DNA of 64,000 nucleotides from an uncultured Haloferula sp. (GCA_965652295.1 CBFGTS010000004.1:96001-160000), one strand, 5' to 3'. Shown: positions 1 through 10,296, counted from the stretch's first letter. Program-made: numbers and translations. Notes: a model not told the origin generated them from the letters alone.

Positions 1-524
1 TCCTCGGTGAATGCCCGGCCGATCGGGTTCTGCGGGTTGCAGAGGATGAAGACTTTGGTTTCCGGGGTGAGGGCGGCGGCCATGGCCTCCCAGTCAAAGG
101 TGTAGCGGCCGTCGACAAGGGCGTGATCGACGGTGATCAGCTTCGCGGCGGCATCGTGATGAACGCCGAGGAAAGGCGGATAAACCGGGGTGCAGGTCAT
201 CACCGCCTCGCCTGGGCGGCAAAAGGCGCGTGCGGCGAGGGAAAGGGCGGGGACCAAGCCTCCAAGATGGATGACGTGTTCAAGCGGCGGGCGCGAGTCG
301 TGCCGGGCGGCGAGGTAATCGAGAATGGCTTCGTTCAGGCCCTCGTGCGCCTGCGGGTAGCCGAAGATGCCGTGATCGACGCGGCGGTGCAGGGCGTCGA
401 GAATCTCCGGACAGGAGGCGAAGTCCATGTCGGCGACCCAGAACGGGTCGAGATCGGGACGGCGGTCGTATTTGATGTTACCCGTGCCCCGGCGTGGGAT
501 CACGGTGTCGAATCGGGAAGACAT
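1..524 (-). CDS. PLP-dependent aminotransferase/C-S lyase, MalY/PatB family (runs off the window start; C-terminus missing)
   Basis: Not in ORF track. Manual translation from ATG at 524 gives MSSRFDTVIPRRGTGNIKYD...PFWVADMDFASCPEILDALHRRVDHGIFGY, the typical MalY/PatB N-terminus. Confidence 0.85.
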   Translation of the reverse strand, partial: MSSRFDTVIPRRGTGNIKYDRRPDLDPFWVADMDFASCPEILDALHRRVDHGIFGYPQAHEGLNEAILDYLAARHDSRPPLEHVIHLGGLVPALSLAARAFCRPGEAVMTCTPVYPPFLGVHHDAAAKLITVDHALVDGRYTFDWEAMAAALTPETKVFILCNPQNPIGRAFTE

Positions 525-528
525 GGGA

Positions 529-1470
529 TTACGGTAGCGGGGCGTCGAGAGCTTGGGTGGCGGCCCCGATCATGCCGGCTTCGTTGCCGAAATGGGCGGG
601 GAGCAGCTGGAGGGACTCCTTGAAGGGTGCGCTGAGCTGGGAGTCGAGGATTTCGCGCAGCGGTTCGAAAAGCAGCGGGCCCGCCTTGGCGACGCCGCCG
701 CCGATGATGATGGCCTCGGGGTTGAGGAGCCAGCAGCAGTCCATGAGGACGTTGGCAAGCTGGGCGGCGATGGTTTTCCAGAGGGAAAGAGCGATGGGAT
801 CGCCCTCCAAAGCCGAGCGCGACAAGGCGGCGGGCGAGAGGTCATCGAACGAGCGATGAAGGCCGCTCGCGTGATACGCCTCGGTGGCGGCCTGGGTGAT
901 CTGCTGATTGCCGATGTATTCCTCCAGCGCTCCAAGATTGCCGTAGGTGCCGCGAAGGCCCTGCCAGTCGATCGACATCTGACCGACCTCGCCGGCCCCG
1001 AAGCGTGCGCCGCGGACCATCTGGCCATTGACGACGAGGCCGCCGCCCACGCCGGTGCCGAGGGTGATGGCGATGAGGTGTTGGAATCCGCGGCCGGCTC
1101 CGAGTTTCCACTCGGCGTAGGCCATGCAGTTGGCGTCGTTATCGACGACAACGGGAAGGCCGGTGCGCGAAGCGAGTTGTTGTTTGAGCGGGAAATCCCG
1201 CCAGCCGGGGACGTTGGTAAGGTTGTGGACGATGCCCTGCTCGAAATCGACGAACCCGGGCATGCCGACACCGATCGCGGCGATGCCGGGGTGGCGGACC
1301 CTGAGGTCCTCGATGTAGCGGAGCATGGCCTCGAGGAGCGGCTCGGCCCCGTCGAAATCCTGGGTGGCGATGGGTGGGGCGTGGTCGATGACATCGGCCT
1401 CGCGGATGACGCCGAATTTCACCGATGTGCCGCCAAAATCGATGCCAATGGCAAGGGCGTCGGGCTTCAT
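529..1470 (-). CDS. ROK family sugar kinase (glucokinase-like)
   Basis: IGIDFGGT, DNDANC, LGTGVGGG and GAGEVG ROK motifs; start placed at MKPDALAIG. Confidence 0.9.
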   Translation of the reverse strand: MKPDALAIGIDFGGTSVKFGVIREADVIDHAPPIATQDFDGAEPLLEAMLRYIEDLRVRHPGIAAIGVGMPGFVDFEQGIVHNLTNVPGWRDFPLKQQLASRTGLPVVVDNDANCMAYAEWKLGAGRGFQHLIAITLGTGVGGGLVVNGQMVRGARFGAGEVGQMSIDWQGLRGTYGNLGALEEYIGNQQITQAATEAYHASGLHRSFDDLSPAALSRSALEGDPIALSLWKTIAAQLANVLMDCCWLLNPEAIIIGGGVAKAGPLLFEPLREILDSQLSAPFKESLQLLPAHFGNEAGMIGAATQALDAPLP

Positions 1471-1525
1471 GGCTGGAGGTGTAGGGAGGGATCCCGGGGA
1501 AGGCACGCCATTTTGCGCGGCGGGA

Positions 1526-2263
1526 TCAGGCGAACACACGGCGGCCTACGAGATCGAGTCCGTGGAGGGTGATGTCGGGATCGACGCGCTGGATTTCCGG
1601 GACCCCGCGAGCGATGAGCGCGGCATCGCCTCCGGTCGCGATCGCGATGGCATCGGTGTCCAGCTCGCGGCGGATGGCGGAGAGGATTTCCCGGACCAGG
1701 CCGCGGTAGCCGATGACGGCACCGGCGCGCATCGCCTCGGTGGTCGAGCGGCCGATGGCATGCTCGGGTTCCTCGAGTTCGACGATGGGAAGAAGGGCGG
1801 TTTTTCTGCCGAGGTAATCGCCCATGGCTCCCAGACCCGGGGCGATGACGCCGCCGAGGTAGGCGGGGGTGGCGGAGATCACGTCGAAGGTGACGGCGGT
1901 GCCGAAATCGATCACCACGGACGGTGCTCCGTGCCGGGCGACCACGCCGACGGCATTGGCGAGGCGATCCGCGCCGATGCTTTCCGGGCTGGGGTAATCG
2001 ATGCCGATCTCCAGCGGGCTGGTGGCCGAGAGCGAATGTAGCGGCGCGTGCGGGGCGAGGGCCGCGGCGATTTCGGTGGCCTTGGTGGGGACGACCGAGC
2101 AGAGAACCGCGGCATCGAAGCGAGCGCCCTCAAGTTTGGCGGTGAGGCGTATCTCGGAGATCTCCGCGGTGGGGATCCAAAAGGTTTCGCGCGCGATCCC
2201 GGACTCGTCGCTGAAGGCGAACTTGGTGCGGGTGTTGGAGTTGTCGATGAGGAGGAGGCGCAT
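1526..2263 (-). CDS. coaX: Type III pantothenate kinase
   Basis: LLIDNSNT, SVVP, GADR, VIDFGTAVT, GGVIAPG and ATGG motifs. Confidence 0.92.
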   Translation of the reverse strand: MRLLLIDNSNTRTKFAFSDESGIARETFWIPTAEISEIRLTAKLEGARFDAAVLCSVVPTKATEIAAALAPHAPLHSLSATSPLEIGIDYPSPESIGADRLANAVGVVARHGAPSVVIDFGTAVTFDVISATPAYLGGVIAPGLGAMGDYLGRKTALLPIVELEEPEHAIGRSTTEAMRAGAVIGYRGLVREILSAIRRELDTDAIAIATGGDAALIARGVPEIQRVDPDITLHGLDLVGRRVFA

Positions 2264-2268
2264 GGATT

Positions 2269-2730
2269 TCACCAGCGGTGGGTGTGGAAAGTCTGGCTCT
2301 CGTCGTTTTCCATGGCGGGGACACCACTTCGGGATCGGACCTTGAGGCGAGCGGAGCCGGCCTGGAGTTCCAGAGGGCCGGCGAGTTGGGACTCTTCCAG
2401 CCAGAATTTCACGGACAGTGCATGGATTTCGCCCAGGCCCGCGACTTCGGAGGCATCGGTGGCGGGAGTGCCTTCAAGGTCGATTTGAGCGGGTTTGACG
2501 GCTTCCCGGTCCGGAACGAGCAGCAGGAGGGGATCGGGCACGGCTTGGCCCGCTTCGGCCCGAAGGTGCAGATCGAGCCAGAAATACGAATGATCGCGCG
2601 TCAGCCGGGCCGTCTCGATGCGGATGGGCGAGTCGGAGATCCGCCACTGATAGGGGCGGACCCACAGCCAGCCGGCGGCGACGAGGGTGAGGCTGGCGAG
2701 AACGAGGAGCCAAAGGGTGCGGCGCTTCAC
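2269..2730 (-). CDS. Hypothetical protein with N-terminal membrane anchor
   Basis: 153-aa ORF with hydrophobic N-terminus, packed directly upstream of coaX. Confidence 0.65.
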   Translation of the reverse strand: MKRRTLWLLVLASLTLVAAGWLWVRPYQWRISDSPIRIETARLTRDHSYFWLDLHLRAEAGQAVPDPLLLLVPDREAVKPAQIDLEGTPATDASEVAGLGEIHALSVKFWLEESQLAGPLELQAGSARLKVRSRSGVPAMENDESQTFHTHRW

Positions 2731-2771
2731 GGGAGAGGGTTATTTCAAAACCGGTGACGCGCACCAGACAC

Positions 2772-2801
2772 AAAAAACAGGCGGCCCGGGAGGGCCGCCT
2801 G
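2772..2801 (-). terminator. Intrinsic terminator after amtB
   Basis: ACAGGCGGCCC-GGGA-GGGCCGCCTGT hairpin preceded by an A-run on + (U-tail on -). Confidence 0.8.
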
Positions 2802-2837
2802 TGGGTCGGAATGACTTCCGTGTCTGGGGGGATCAAA

Positions 2838-4178
2838 TTAGTCCGTGTAAGCCGGAGCGCCGTGCTCGGCCACGTCCAGGCCTTCTTCTTCCTCCTGGGC
2901 ATCCACGCGGACGCCGAGGGTGAACTTGAGGATGAGGAACAGGACGAGGGAGCCCACGAAGGCGAAGGCGGAGATTGCCAAGGTGCCCAAGAGCTGAACA
3001 CCGAAGCTGTGGTCGGGGTTGGTGCTGAAGATGCCGACCGCGAGGGTGCCCCAAACGCCGCAGATGCCGTGGACGGAGACCGCACCGACCGGGTCGTCGA
3101 TCTTGATCTTGTCGAAGAAGATGACCGAGAAGACGACGATGGCTCCTGCGACGGCACCGACGACGACGGACATCCAAGGGGAGATGGAGTCCGCACCGGC
3201 GGTGATGCCGACAAGGCCGGCGAGGATACCGTTGAGACCCATCGAAAGGTCGGGCTTCTTGAGGACGGTCCATGAGGTGAGCATGGCGGCGAGGCCACCG
3301 GCGAAGCCGGCCATGGCGGTGGTCACGAAGACGCGGGACACGGCCTCGGGATCAGCGCTCAGCACCGAGCCACCGTTGAAGCCGAACCAGCCGAGGAAGA
3401 GCATGAACACGCCGATGTTGGCGAGGGGCAGGTTGTGGGGAAGGATGGGCTTGACGCCCTCCTTGGTGAACTTGCCGCGGCGTGGGCCGAGGATGATGAT
3501 GGCTGCCAGAGCGGCGAAACCACCGAAGGCGTGAACGAGGGTCGAGCCGGCGAAGTCGTAGAAGCCTTTGGCGTCGAGCCAGCCCGTGCCCCATTTCCAG
3601 GAGCCCGTGATGGGGTAGAGAAGGCCGACCAGAATCGTCGCGTAGATCATGAAGCTGACCAGCTTCACACGCTCGGCGACGGCACCCGAGACGATCGTCG
3701 CGGCGGTGGCAGCGAACATCGCTTGGAAGATGAAGTCGGACCAAATGGTGTAGCTGGCGTATTCCGCGGTGACGCTCGCCGTCCGCTCTGCTTCGTCGGC
3801 AAAGCCATTGAGGAGGGGGGTGCCCATGGAGAAGAAGCCGTTCCAATCCACTCCCATCTCGCCGGGATACATCGCGTTGAAGCCCCAGGCCATGTAGGTG
3901 AGGGCACCGATGCAAACGATGAACACGTTCTTGAACAGGATGTTCACCGTGTTCTTTTTTTGGCAAAGGCCGGATTCCACCGAGCAGAAACCGAGGTGCA
4001 TGATGAACACCAGAGCCGCCGAAAGGAGAATCCAGAGGTTGTTGACGGTGAACATCGCCGCGTCACCTCCGGCCATGAAGGCCTCGTAGGTTCCCTCGGC
4101 GGGCGGCTCATCCTGGCCGAAGGCCGTGGCCGTCAGCATCAAGGGGATGAGGTATTTCAGTTTGGTCAGCATTCGCAT
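2838..4178 (-). CDS. amtB: Ammonium transporter (Amt family)
   Basis: FQAMFAATAATIVSGAVAER, DFAGSTLVH, LGWFGFNGGS and DDPVGAVSVHG; N-terminal signal-like segment. Confidence 0.96.
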   Translation of the reverse strand: MRMLTKLKYLIPLMLTATAFGQDEPPAEGTYEAFMAGGDAAMFTVNNLWILLSAALVFIMHLGFCSVESGLCQKKNTVNILFKNVFIVCIGALTYMAWGFNAMYPGEMGVDWNGFFSMGTPLLNGFADEAERTASVTAEYASYTIWSDFIFQAMFAATAATIVSGAVAERVKLVSFMIYATILVGLLYPITGSWKWGTGWLDAKGFYDFAGSTLVHAFGGFAALAAIIILGPRRGKFTKEGVKPILPHNLPLANIGVFMLFLGWFGFNGGSVLSADPEAVSRVFVTTAMAGFAGGLAAMLTSWTVLKKPDLSMGLNGILAGLVGITAGADSISPWMSVVVGAVAGAIVVFSVIFFDKIKIDDPVGAVSVHGICGVWGTLAVGIFSTNPDHSFGVQLLGTLAISAFAFVGSLVLFLILKFTLGVRVDAQEEEEGLDVAEHGAPAYTD

Positions 4179-4220
4179 GGTTGGTTGGCGTGGTTGGTTT
4201 TGATGAACGCGGCCGACGAA

Positions 4221-4237
4221 AGCACCTGCCGTGCCAA
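4221..4237 (-). promoter_or_regulatory. sigma54 (-24/-12) promoter of amtB
   Basis: Minus strand reads TTGGCACGGCAGGTGCT (GG-N10-GC, TGGCACG core) ~45 nt upstream of the amtB start. Confidence 0.75.
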
Positions 4238-4570
4238 CCTTGGTTTCGCGGTGCAAACGAAGCGCTTGAGCCGGTTCTAGAGAGAATCCAGAGCTGCGGG
4301 GGGGACGCAGAGCGGGCGTTCCCCGGGCGTCCGACGGAGCACAAGGAAATGGCCTTGCCAGTGGCTTTTCTGCTGCCTAACTACCGCCCGGGCGAGTGGC
4401 ACCCCGCCGTGCTTTTCGCTGGACACGTTCGTTAGGATTTCTTAAGCAAGTCCCCGATGAATGGCGTCCGGCAGCCGAAACAGCATGGCGGACGCTAGTC
4501 GCCCCAAGTCTCCCGAAGTCGGATTCGTCCAAGCTCGGGGGTTCTAGCAGCAACCGAAAAATTAAAAACG

Positions 4571-5335
4571 ATGCGCAACTACAGCAAAACCGTTGGCGCC
4601 CTGGCCGCTGCCTCCACCCTCGTGGCTGGCTACGCTTCGGCGGAACTTGAAGGTGAAGTGCACGTTGGCTACGCCAACATGTACGAATTCCGATTCGTGG
4701 ACCTCGGCAACGACCTCATCGAATCCGGTGCGGACGTGGCTTGGTCCATGGGTGACCTGAGCTTCAACGCCGGTGCCTGGTACGCGTCCTATGATGCTCC
4801 GGGTGCTTTTGGTGCTGCGGCCATCAACAGCGACGAACTCGATCTCTACGGTGGCGTGAGCTACGGGATCGGCGACCTCACTCTTGAGCTTGGGTACATT
4901 TACTACTACTTCCCTGACCTCAGCGCCGATACCCAGGAAGTTTACCTCGGTGCTTCCTACGAGCTTCCGTTCGGAATCGCCCTTGGTTCGACCTTCTACT
5001 ACGACTTCGACGCGAACGACGGCTGGTATTGGGACACCAACATCGGCTACACCATCGAATTCAACGACTGCCTTGCCCTTGAGCTGGGTGCTGGCGTTGG
5101 CTTCGCCGACGGCCACGGTCTTCAGGCTTCGGCCCGCCCCGGTTCCGTTGGTACCGCCGACGGTTTCCAAGGTTACTACCTGACCGCCGCTCTTCCGTGG
5201 GAATTCCGCGAAGGTGTGACCCTGTCGCCCTACGTGAAGTACACCAACGGCGAAAGCGACCTCGTGACCGACCTTTACGGTAACAGCGGTCAAGAATACC
5301 TCGTGGCAGGCGTCAGCCTCGCCGTGGGCTTCTGA
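4571..5335 (+). CDS. TorF-like (TIGR02001-type) putative outer-membrane porin
   Basis: Signal peptide, YxFR motif, [16 protein letters not shown], amphipathic beta-strands and C-terminal Phe; divergent from amtB. Confidence 0.7.
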   Translation: MRNYSKTVGALAAASTLVAGYASAELEGEVHVGYANMYEFRFVDLGNDLIESGADVAWSMGDLSFNAGAWYASYDAPGAFGAAAINSDELDLYGGVSYGIGDLTLELGYIYYYFPDLSADTQEVYLGASYELPFGIALGSTFYYDFDANDGWYWDTNIGYTIEFNDCLALELGAGVGFADGHGLQASARPGSVGTADGFQGYYLTAALPWEFREGVTLSPYVKYTNGESDLVTDLYGNSGQEYLVAGVSLAVGF

Positions 5336-5370
5336 TCCCGCGGGGTTCAAATCTGAACCTCAACGATTCT

Positions 5371-5404
5371 GGCGGCCGTCTCCTTGGGAGGCGGCCGCCT
5401 TTTT
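5371..5404 (+). terminator. Intrinsic terminator after porin gene
   Basis: GGCGGCCGTCTCC-TTG-GGAGGCGGCCGCC followed by TTTTT. Confidence 0.85.
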
Positions 5405-5426
5405 GCGTTCGGAGGTTTCCAGCAAC

Positions 5427-6326
5427 TCAATCGCCTGCTCTGGGATGGGCTTGATTGTAGGCGTTCCGCAGACGCTCCTTGGTCACGTGGGTGTAGACCT
5501 GGGTGGTGGAAAGCGAAGCGTGACCGAGCATCGACTGCACCGAGCGCAGGTCGGCTCCGGCGTCCAGAAGATGGGTGGCGAAGCTGTGGCGGAGCTTGTG
5601 CGGTGAGATGGGAAAAGGGATCGAGGAGAGCCCGACGTACTTCCGCAGCAAAAGGTCGATAGCCTGTTGGGTGATCCGGGTGCGACGTTTGCTGAGAAAA
5701 AGCGGTCCCGAAGCGATGCCTGCTTCCCGCATGTAGCGGCGAATGGCTTCGAGTGCGGGATTTCCGATCGGGATCAGTCGTTCCTTGGAACCCTTGCCTA
5801 CGACCCGGAGCGTTTCGCCGAGGAAATCGAGGGATGAGACGTCGAGGGACCGGAGTTCGGAAATGCGGAGGCCGCAGGAGTAGAACAGCTCAAGAATGGC
5901 CGCGTCCCGGAAGGGGAGCCACGGAGGAGAGTTGCGGGGAACGGGGGTCTTGAGGGGGAGGGAAAGAAGTTCGTCGATTTGGGAAACATTCAGAACGACG
6001 GGCAGCTTCCGTGGTGCCTTCGGGAGCTGGATGGCGGCGACCGGACTCGCGGCCAGACCGCGGCGGTGGACGAGATATTTGTAGAACGACCGGAGGGCGG
6101 AAAACCGGAGCCGGATGGTGGATCTCGACAAACCGGACTTCATCATGGCGAACAGCCAATCCCGGAAGGGCTGCTCATCAAGCCCCCGCCAATCGGGTGC
6201 ACCTTGAGGAGAGGCGAATTTGCGGAACGATTCGAGGGAGTGGAGGTAGTTCTGAACGGTGCGCGGCGAGCAGTTCTTCTCCGTGGAAAGGAAGGAGAGG
6301 AAGTCGGAGGCAAGGGGATCGGTCAT
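5427..6326 (-). CDS. xerC: Tyrosine recombinase XerC/XerD family
   Basis: [46 protein letters not shown] and [12 protein letters not shown]. Confidence 0.85.
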   Translation of the reverse strand: MTDPLASDFLSFLSTEKNCSPRTVQNYLHSLESFRKFASPQGAPDWRGLDEQPFRDWLFAMMKSGLSRSTIRLRFSALRSFYKYLVHRRGLAASPVAAIQLPKAPRKLPVVLNVSQIDELLSLPLKTPVPRNSPPWLPFRDAAILELFYSCGLRISELRSLDVSSLDFLGETLRVVGKGSKERLIPIGNPALEAIRRYMREAGIASGPLFLSKRRTRITQQAIDLLLRKYVGLSSIPFPISPHKLRHSFATHLLDAGADLRSVQSMLGHASLSTTQVYTHVTKERLRNAYNQAHPRAGD

Positions 6327-6559
6327 GGCTGCCTGCGGCGGGCGCGCACGAGACGCACGACGACCAGCACGGTTCCTGCGAGCATCATCACGCCGGCCAT
6401 GATCACCGCCAGATAGCCCATGCGGGTTTCCTGCTGGATCACCTCGGCCATCGATTCCGGATCCAGCTCGCCGGCCTTCTCCAGACGCAGCCTGGCGAGG
6501 ACCAGTAGAAGCGTGGCCGAGAAGAAGAGGGTGAGCGCGATGCGGGTGAGGCGGTTCAT
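6323..6559 (-). CDS. Small two-TM hypothetical membrane protein
   Basis: Two hydrophobic segments; overlaps the fur stop and the xerC start (coupled). Confidence 0.6.
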   Translation of the reverse strand: MNRLTRIALTLFFSATLLLVLARLRLEKAGELDPESMAEVIQQETRMGYLAVIMAGVMMLAGTVLVVVRLVRARRRQP

Positions 6560-6981
6560 GCGCAGGCGGGACACGTGCCGAAGAACTCCAGCTCGTGGTA
6601 GAGGTTCCGGTAGCCGGTGGATTCCTTGATTTCCTCTTCCAGTGCGTGGACCGGGCAGGGGGCCTTGATGGCTTCGATGGATCCGCAGCGGGTGCAGATC
6701 AGATAATCGTGATGCCGGTCCGGAAGCAGGAGGGTGAAGTAGGCGGCCCGCTCATGCAGCCCCAAACGGCGGACGATGCCGTGGTTTTCAAGCCGCTGGA
6801 GCAACCGGAAAACGGTGGCCTTGTCGCATTGATCGCTCAGCCTCGGCGACTCCGCGAGCTCGGCAAGGGTCATCGGGCGGTCCGATTCGAGGAGCGTCGC
6901 GAGCAGCTGCTCAAGGGCTTTGGTCCGGCGCAAACCGAGTTCGCGGCAGCGGGCGATCAGGGATGAGACGGCGGTTTCCAT
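6556..6981 (-). CDS. Fur family transcriptional regulator (Zur/PerR-like)
   Basis: GLRRT, ATVFRLL, HHDYLICTRCG and C-terminal CPAC. Confidence 0.9.
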   Translation of the reverse strand: METAVSSLIARCRELGLRRTKALEQLLATLLESDRPMTLAELAESPRLSDQCDKATVFRLLQRLENHGIVRRLGLHERAAYFTLLLPDRHHDYLICTRCGSIEAIKAPCPVHALEEEIKESTGYRNLYHELEFFGTCPACA

Positions 6982-7060
6982 GAGGCGGTGGAAAAGCCTA
7001 GTCCCGCTGTTTCACCCGTGCCAATGGGAAAACCATGGGAAGCCTTCCGCGGAGAAAGGG

Positions 7061-7093
7061 AAAGCCCCGCCGGACGAGATCCGACGGGGCTTT
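7061..7093. terminator. Hairpin terminator downstream of the 1028-aa gene
   Basis: AAAGCCCCGCCGGA...TCCGACGGGGCTTT. Confidence 0.7.
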
Positions 7094-7118
7094 GAGATGA
7101 CGGGTTCCGGGACGGGGG

Positions 7119-10100
7119 TCAGGGTTCCGTGCCTTCGGCGAGACGGAAAAAGGCCTTCAGGTTCGTGGATGCGTCGACTTCCAGAACGCTGACTTCCGTT
7201 TCCCCGGCCGCCGTGAAGCCGGATCCGACGATCGGAGCGAAGTCCGCGAGGTTCACTCCGCCCTCGATGTGATAGGGCTGTCCCGCCGCGAGCCCGCCGA
7301 GGGTGAGGGTCAGCGTGTCCGGGTCGGCGGCGGTATCGAGAGCGACCGCGGTGATGACGGGGTTCGACTCCACCGGCGGCACGACCGTTCCGAGGGGAAG
7401 GATGATCGCCGGAGCGGGATCCGTGCCTTGCTCTTTCATCGTGATCCCATGCCAGCGGTTGGCGTGTGCCGCGTCCATCGCCAGCGTGACCACTCCATCG
7501 GTGTCGCTTTCGAGGAACGAAGTGAGATCGAGCATTGTGGGGTTGGAGTAATAAACCCCGACCGCCGTTGGTTGGATGGTGCCGAGCAAGACCCACTTCG
7601 CTGGATCGCGTGCCCAGATGTTCAGGGTGGAACGTTGCTCTTCGATGATTCCCGGAGCGTTTGCGTAGTTCGTCGTGGATTCGGCCCAATTCTCACCTTC
7701 GTCACCATCGATCAGACCGTAGACGTTGATGACTCCTTGGGTGCCCGATGACCAGGGAACATGGATTCTGAGCACCGCATTCGACAGGTCTCCCATCATG
7801 GCCGAGCGGTCGAAACGGAACATGGGGATATGGAGGCGGCTGACCTGATTGTTACGAATGCTAACCACGCCATCGGCTCCGTGGATCGCGTCGGGGCCGG
7901 TCGTTGCCGTTTGTTCATCGTTGGAGAGTTCGGTATCGGCACCATTGCCCACTGCGGTGGTCGCTTCTCCTGCGGAGGGCACGGAAGACATGAGGGTCGG
8001 ATCGGTGCCCGCGTGGAACTCGATCACGTTGATCACGCCATCGTTGTCGGAATCGTCGGTGCCGACCTGGGTGGTTTCAGTGGTGAAATAGAACCGCTCC
8101 CAGCCTTCGGGCAGGCCGTCTCCATCGGTGTCCGGCGAGGAGAAGGGATCGCTGCCGTTCGTGGCCGCGGCGTATTCCTCCGCGTTGCTAAAGCCGTCCG
8201 AATCGTTGTCGTCGGTCTCTAGCTCGGTGGTCGTCAGGTCACCGAACGAGAACATCTCCCAACCATCACCCAGGAAGTCCTCGTCCGTATCGGGCGAGCT
8301 GGTGCGGAGGGTGGGATCGGTTTCAAAGGGAAGCGCGCTTTCCTCCTCTTCGTTGGTGGCATAGTCGAGATCCGGGTCGTCATCGCCGTCGTAGAGCGCG
8401 ATGCTGGTGAAGTAGGTGATTTCAAACGCATCGAGCAAGCCGTCCGCATCGGTGTCGTCGGGAACGGAGGCCTGGTTGGTAGGGTCGGAACCCGCGAGGT
8501 ACTCGTCGTAATTGGTGACCAGATCGGAATCGGCGTCGGCGGAAGGATCGCTGGCGGTCGCAAGGTCACCGAAGACGAGCACTTCCCAGCGATCGTTGAG
8601 TCCGTCCGGCTCGCTGTCCACGAAGCTGTCCTTGCTCGTTGGGTCGGTGCCGGCGTTCTCTTCTTCCTCGTTGGTGTAGAGATCTCCATCCGAGTCGTCA
8701 GATCCGCTCTGGAAAAGAAGATCGGCGAGGTCATCGTCGAAAGTGTCGAAGTAGGTCAGCTCCCAGGTGTCGTCGAGACCGTCGGCATCAGCGTCTCCGG
8801 GAACCGAGTTGGGGTCGTTCGGGTCGGATCCAACAGGGGTGCCATCGGCTTCCTGTTTGTTGGTCAGTTCATCAAGGTCGGGATCGCCGTCAACGTCGTC
8901 CGTGACCGCGACGTCTGCGAGGGAGACGAGGCCGTCGTTGTCGCCGAAGTAGCGGTCCTCCCAGAGGTCGTTCAGCGTGTCGGCATCGATATCTCCGGGG
9001 ATGGATGCGACATCATTCGGGTCGGAGAGTGCATCGTACTCGGCCGTGTTGGAGAACGTGTCAGCGTCGTTGTCGCCGAAGGCATCGGTGGCAGTGGTGA
9101 GGTCTCCAAAGAAGAAGGTTTCCCACCAGTCGTTCAGTCCGTCGCCGGTGTTGTCGAGGTTCTCGTTGTCGAGATATGAATAGTAGTCGCGAGGGTCGGT
9201 GCCGGCAGCTTCCTCTTCGGTGTTGGTTCCGTGGTCCCCATCGGGATCCTCAAATCCGGTGGCCACGGTCAGGTCGGTTTCGGTCACGATCCCGTCGTTG
9301 TTGCCGAAATACAGATCCTCCCACAGGTCGGTGAGTTCGTCGCCGTCGATGTCTCCGGGGATGGAGAAGGACCAGTTCGGATCCGATCCGGCGGTCTCTT
9401 CAGTCTCGTTGTCGAAGGTGTCGTTGTCCGGATCCCACTCCGCGCCCAAGGCGACGTCCTGGGCTTCGGTTCCGCGCGCCGAGGTGAGATCACCGAAATT
9501 GGCGATTTCCCAATCGTCGGTCAGGCCGTCCCCGTCGGAGTCGTCGCCGACCACGTTGGGGAAGGTGATGACCGGGGCGATCCCGGTCTCCTTGGACGTG
9601 AAGAAGAACGATTCAGAATCGTTGTCCACTTCCGCAAGGGTCACCAAGAAGGTGATCAGACCATCGGTGTCTGCGGCGATAAAGGTGTCGAGGTCGGTGC
9701 TGGGTTCCGTGGTGTTGAGCCCCACCACGCTGGTGGTGGTCCGGGCGACCCACGAGGGAGTCATTTCGGCGGTAAAAATGGGTTCGCTAGCGAGAGGCGT
9801 AGTGGGGTCGACGCCGGCGGCGGTGGCGAAGGTCACGGTGGATTCGTCCCAAGCTTCTCCCTGGCCGCCCGTGGCACCGTCAACGACGCCGTAGAAGTTC
9901 AGAGGACGACCGCGGTTCACGCCTGTTCCGTTGAGGGTGATCGTAGCCCCGGAGAGATCGCCGGAGATCTCGCTGATATCGAAGCGGATGTAGATATGCC
10001 GCATCCGTACGGAGTTGGCTTCCCGGAGGGCCAGGTCCTCGGTGCCGTGATTGGCAGCGGGTCCGGAGTTGGAATCGTTGGACAAGTAGGTGTCCGCGCC

Positions 10101-10205
10101 GCTCCCGAAGGAGGTGGGCACCGAAACGGTGGCCTGGCCGTCCATGGCCAGGGCGAGCAGAACGGCGGGACAAAGCGCCGTCGTGACGGAAGTGGATTTT
10201 TTCAT
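7119..10205 (-). CDS. Large secreted acidic protein: two DNRLRE-like domains flanking TSP3-like DxDxDG Ca-binding repeats, plus a C-terminal FFRL domain
   Basis: Signal peptide; duplicated GADTxLSND...RFDxS...YGxxDG...WxEST domain; >10 DxDxDGLxDxWE...GxDP repeats. Confidence 0.8.
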   Translation of the reverse strand: MKKSTSVTTALCPAVLLALAMDGQATVSVPTSFGSGADTYLSNDSNSGPAANHGTEDLALREANSVRMRHIYIRFDISEISGDLSGATITLNGTGVNRGRPLNFYGVVDGATGGQGEAWDESTVTFATAAGVDPTTPLASEPIFTAEMTPSWVARTTTSVVGLNTTEPSTDLDTFIAADTDGLITFLVTLAEVDNDSESFFFTSKETGIAPVITFPNVVGDDSDGDGLTDDWEIANFGDLTSARGTEAQDVALGAEWDPDNDTFDNETEETAGSDPNWSFSIPGDIDGDELTDLWEDLYFGNNDGIVTETDLTVATGFEDPDGDHGTNTEEEAAGTDPRDYYSYLDNENLDNTGDGLNDWWETFFFGDLTTATDAFGDNDADTFSNTAEYDALSDPNDVASIPGDIDADTLNDLWEDRYFGDNDGLVSLADVAVTDDVDGDPDLDELTNKQEADGTPVGSDPNDPNSVPGDADADGLDDTWELTYFDTFDDDLADLLFQSGSDDSDGDLYTNEEEENAGTDPTSKDSFVDSEPDGLNDRWEVLVFGDLATASDPSADADSDLVTNYDEYLAGSDPTNQASVPDDTDADGLLDAFEITYFTSIALYDGDDDPDLDYATNEEEESALPFETDPTLRTSSPDTDEDFLGDGWEMFSFGDLTTTELETDDNDSDGFSNAEEYAAATNGSDPFSSPDTDGDGLPEGWERFYFTTETTQVGTDDSDNDGVINVIEFHAGTDPTLMSSVPSAGEATTAVGNGADTELSNDEQTATTGPDAIHGADGVVSIRNNQVSRLHIPMFRFDRSAMMGDLSNAVLRIHVPWSSGTQGVINVYGLIDGDEGENWAESTTNYANAPGIIEEQRSTLNIWARDPAKWVLLGTIQPTAVGVYYSNPTMLDLTSFLESDTDGVVTLAMDAAHANRWHGITMKEQGTDPAPAIILPLGTVVPPVESNPVITAVALDTAADPDTLTLTLGGLAAGQPYHIEGGVNLADFAPIVGSGFTAAGETEVSVLEVDASTNLKAFFRLAEGTEP

Positions 10206-10296
10206 GGGTCTTGGGTGGCGAGGTCTGGCCGAGGAGCGGATTCCTCAGCGTCTCATACCTAGCCTCATCCAATCACCCATGCGCACTCCGGGAGAA

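Noticed and set aside
4397..4413. TGGCACCCCGCCGTGCT as a sigma54 promoter for the porin
   Set aside because: GG-to-GC spacing is 11 nt rather than the required 10.
5427..6326. Tyrosine recombinase as a prophage or island integrase
   Set aside because: It is ~300 aa with XerC-type motifs, lacks an arm-binding domain, is coupled to housekeeping genes, and has no att site or tRNA nearby.
8000..9560. Repetitive DNA as a CRISPR or non-coding array
   Set aside because: The repeats are degenerate, in-frame protein repeats (DxDxDG), with no fixed repeat-spacer pattern and no cas genes.
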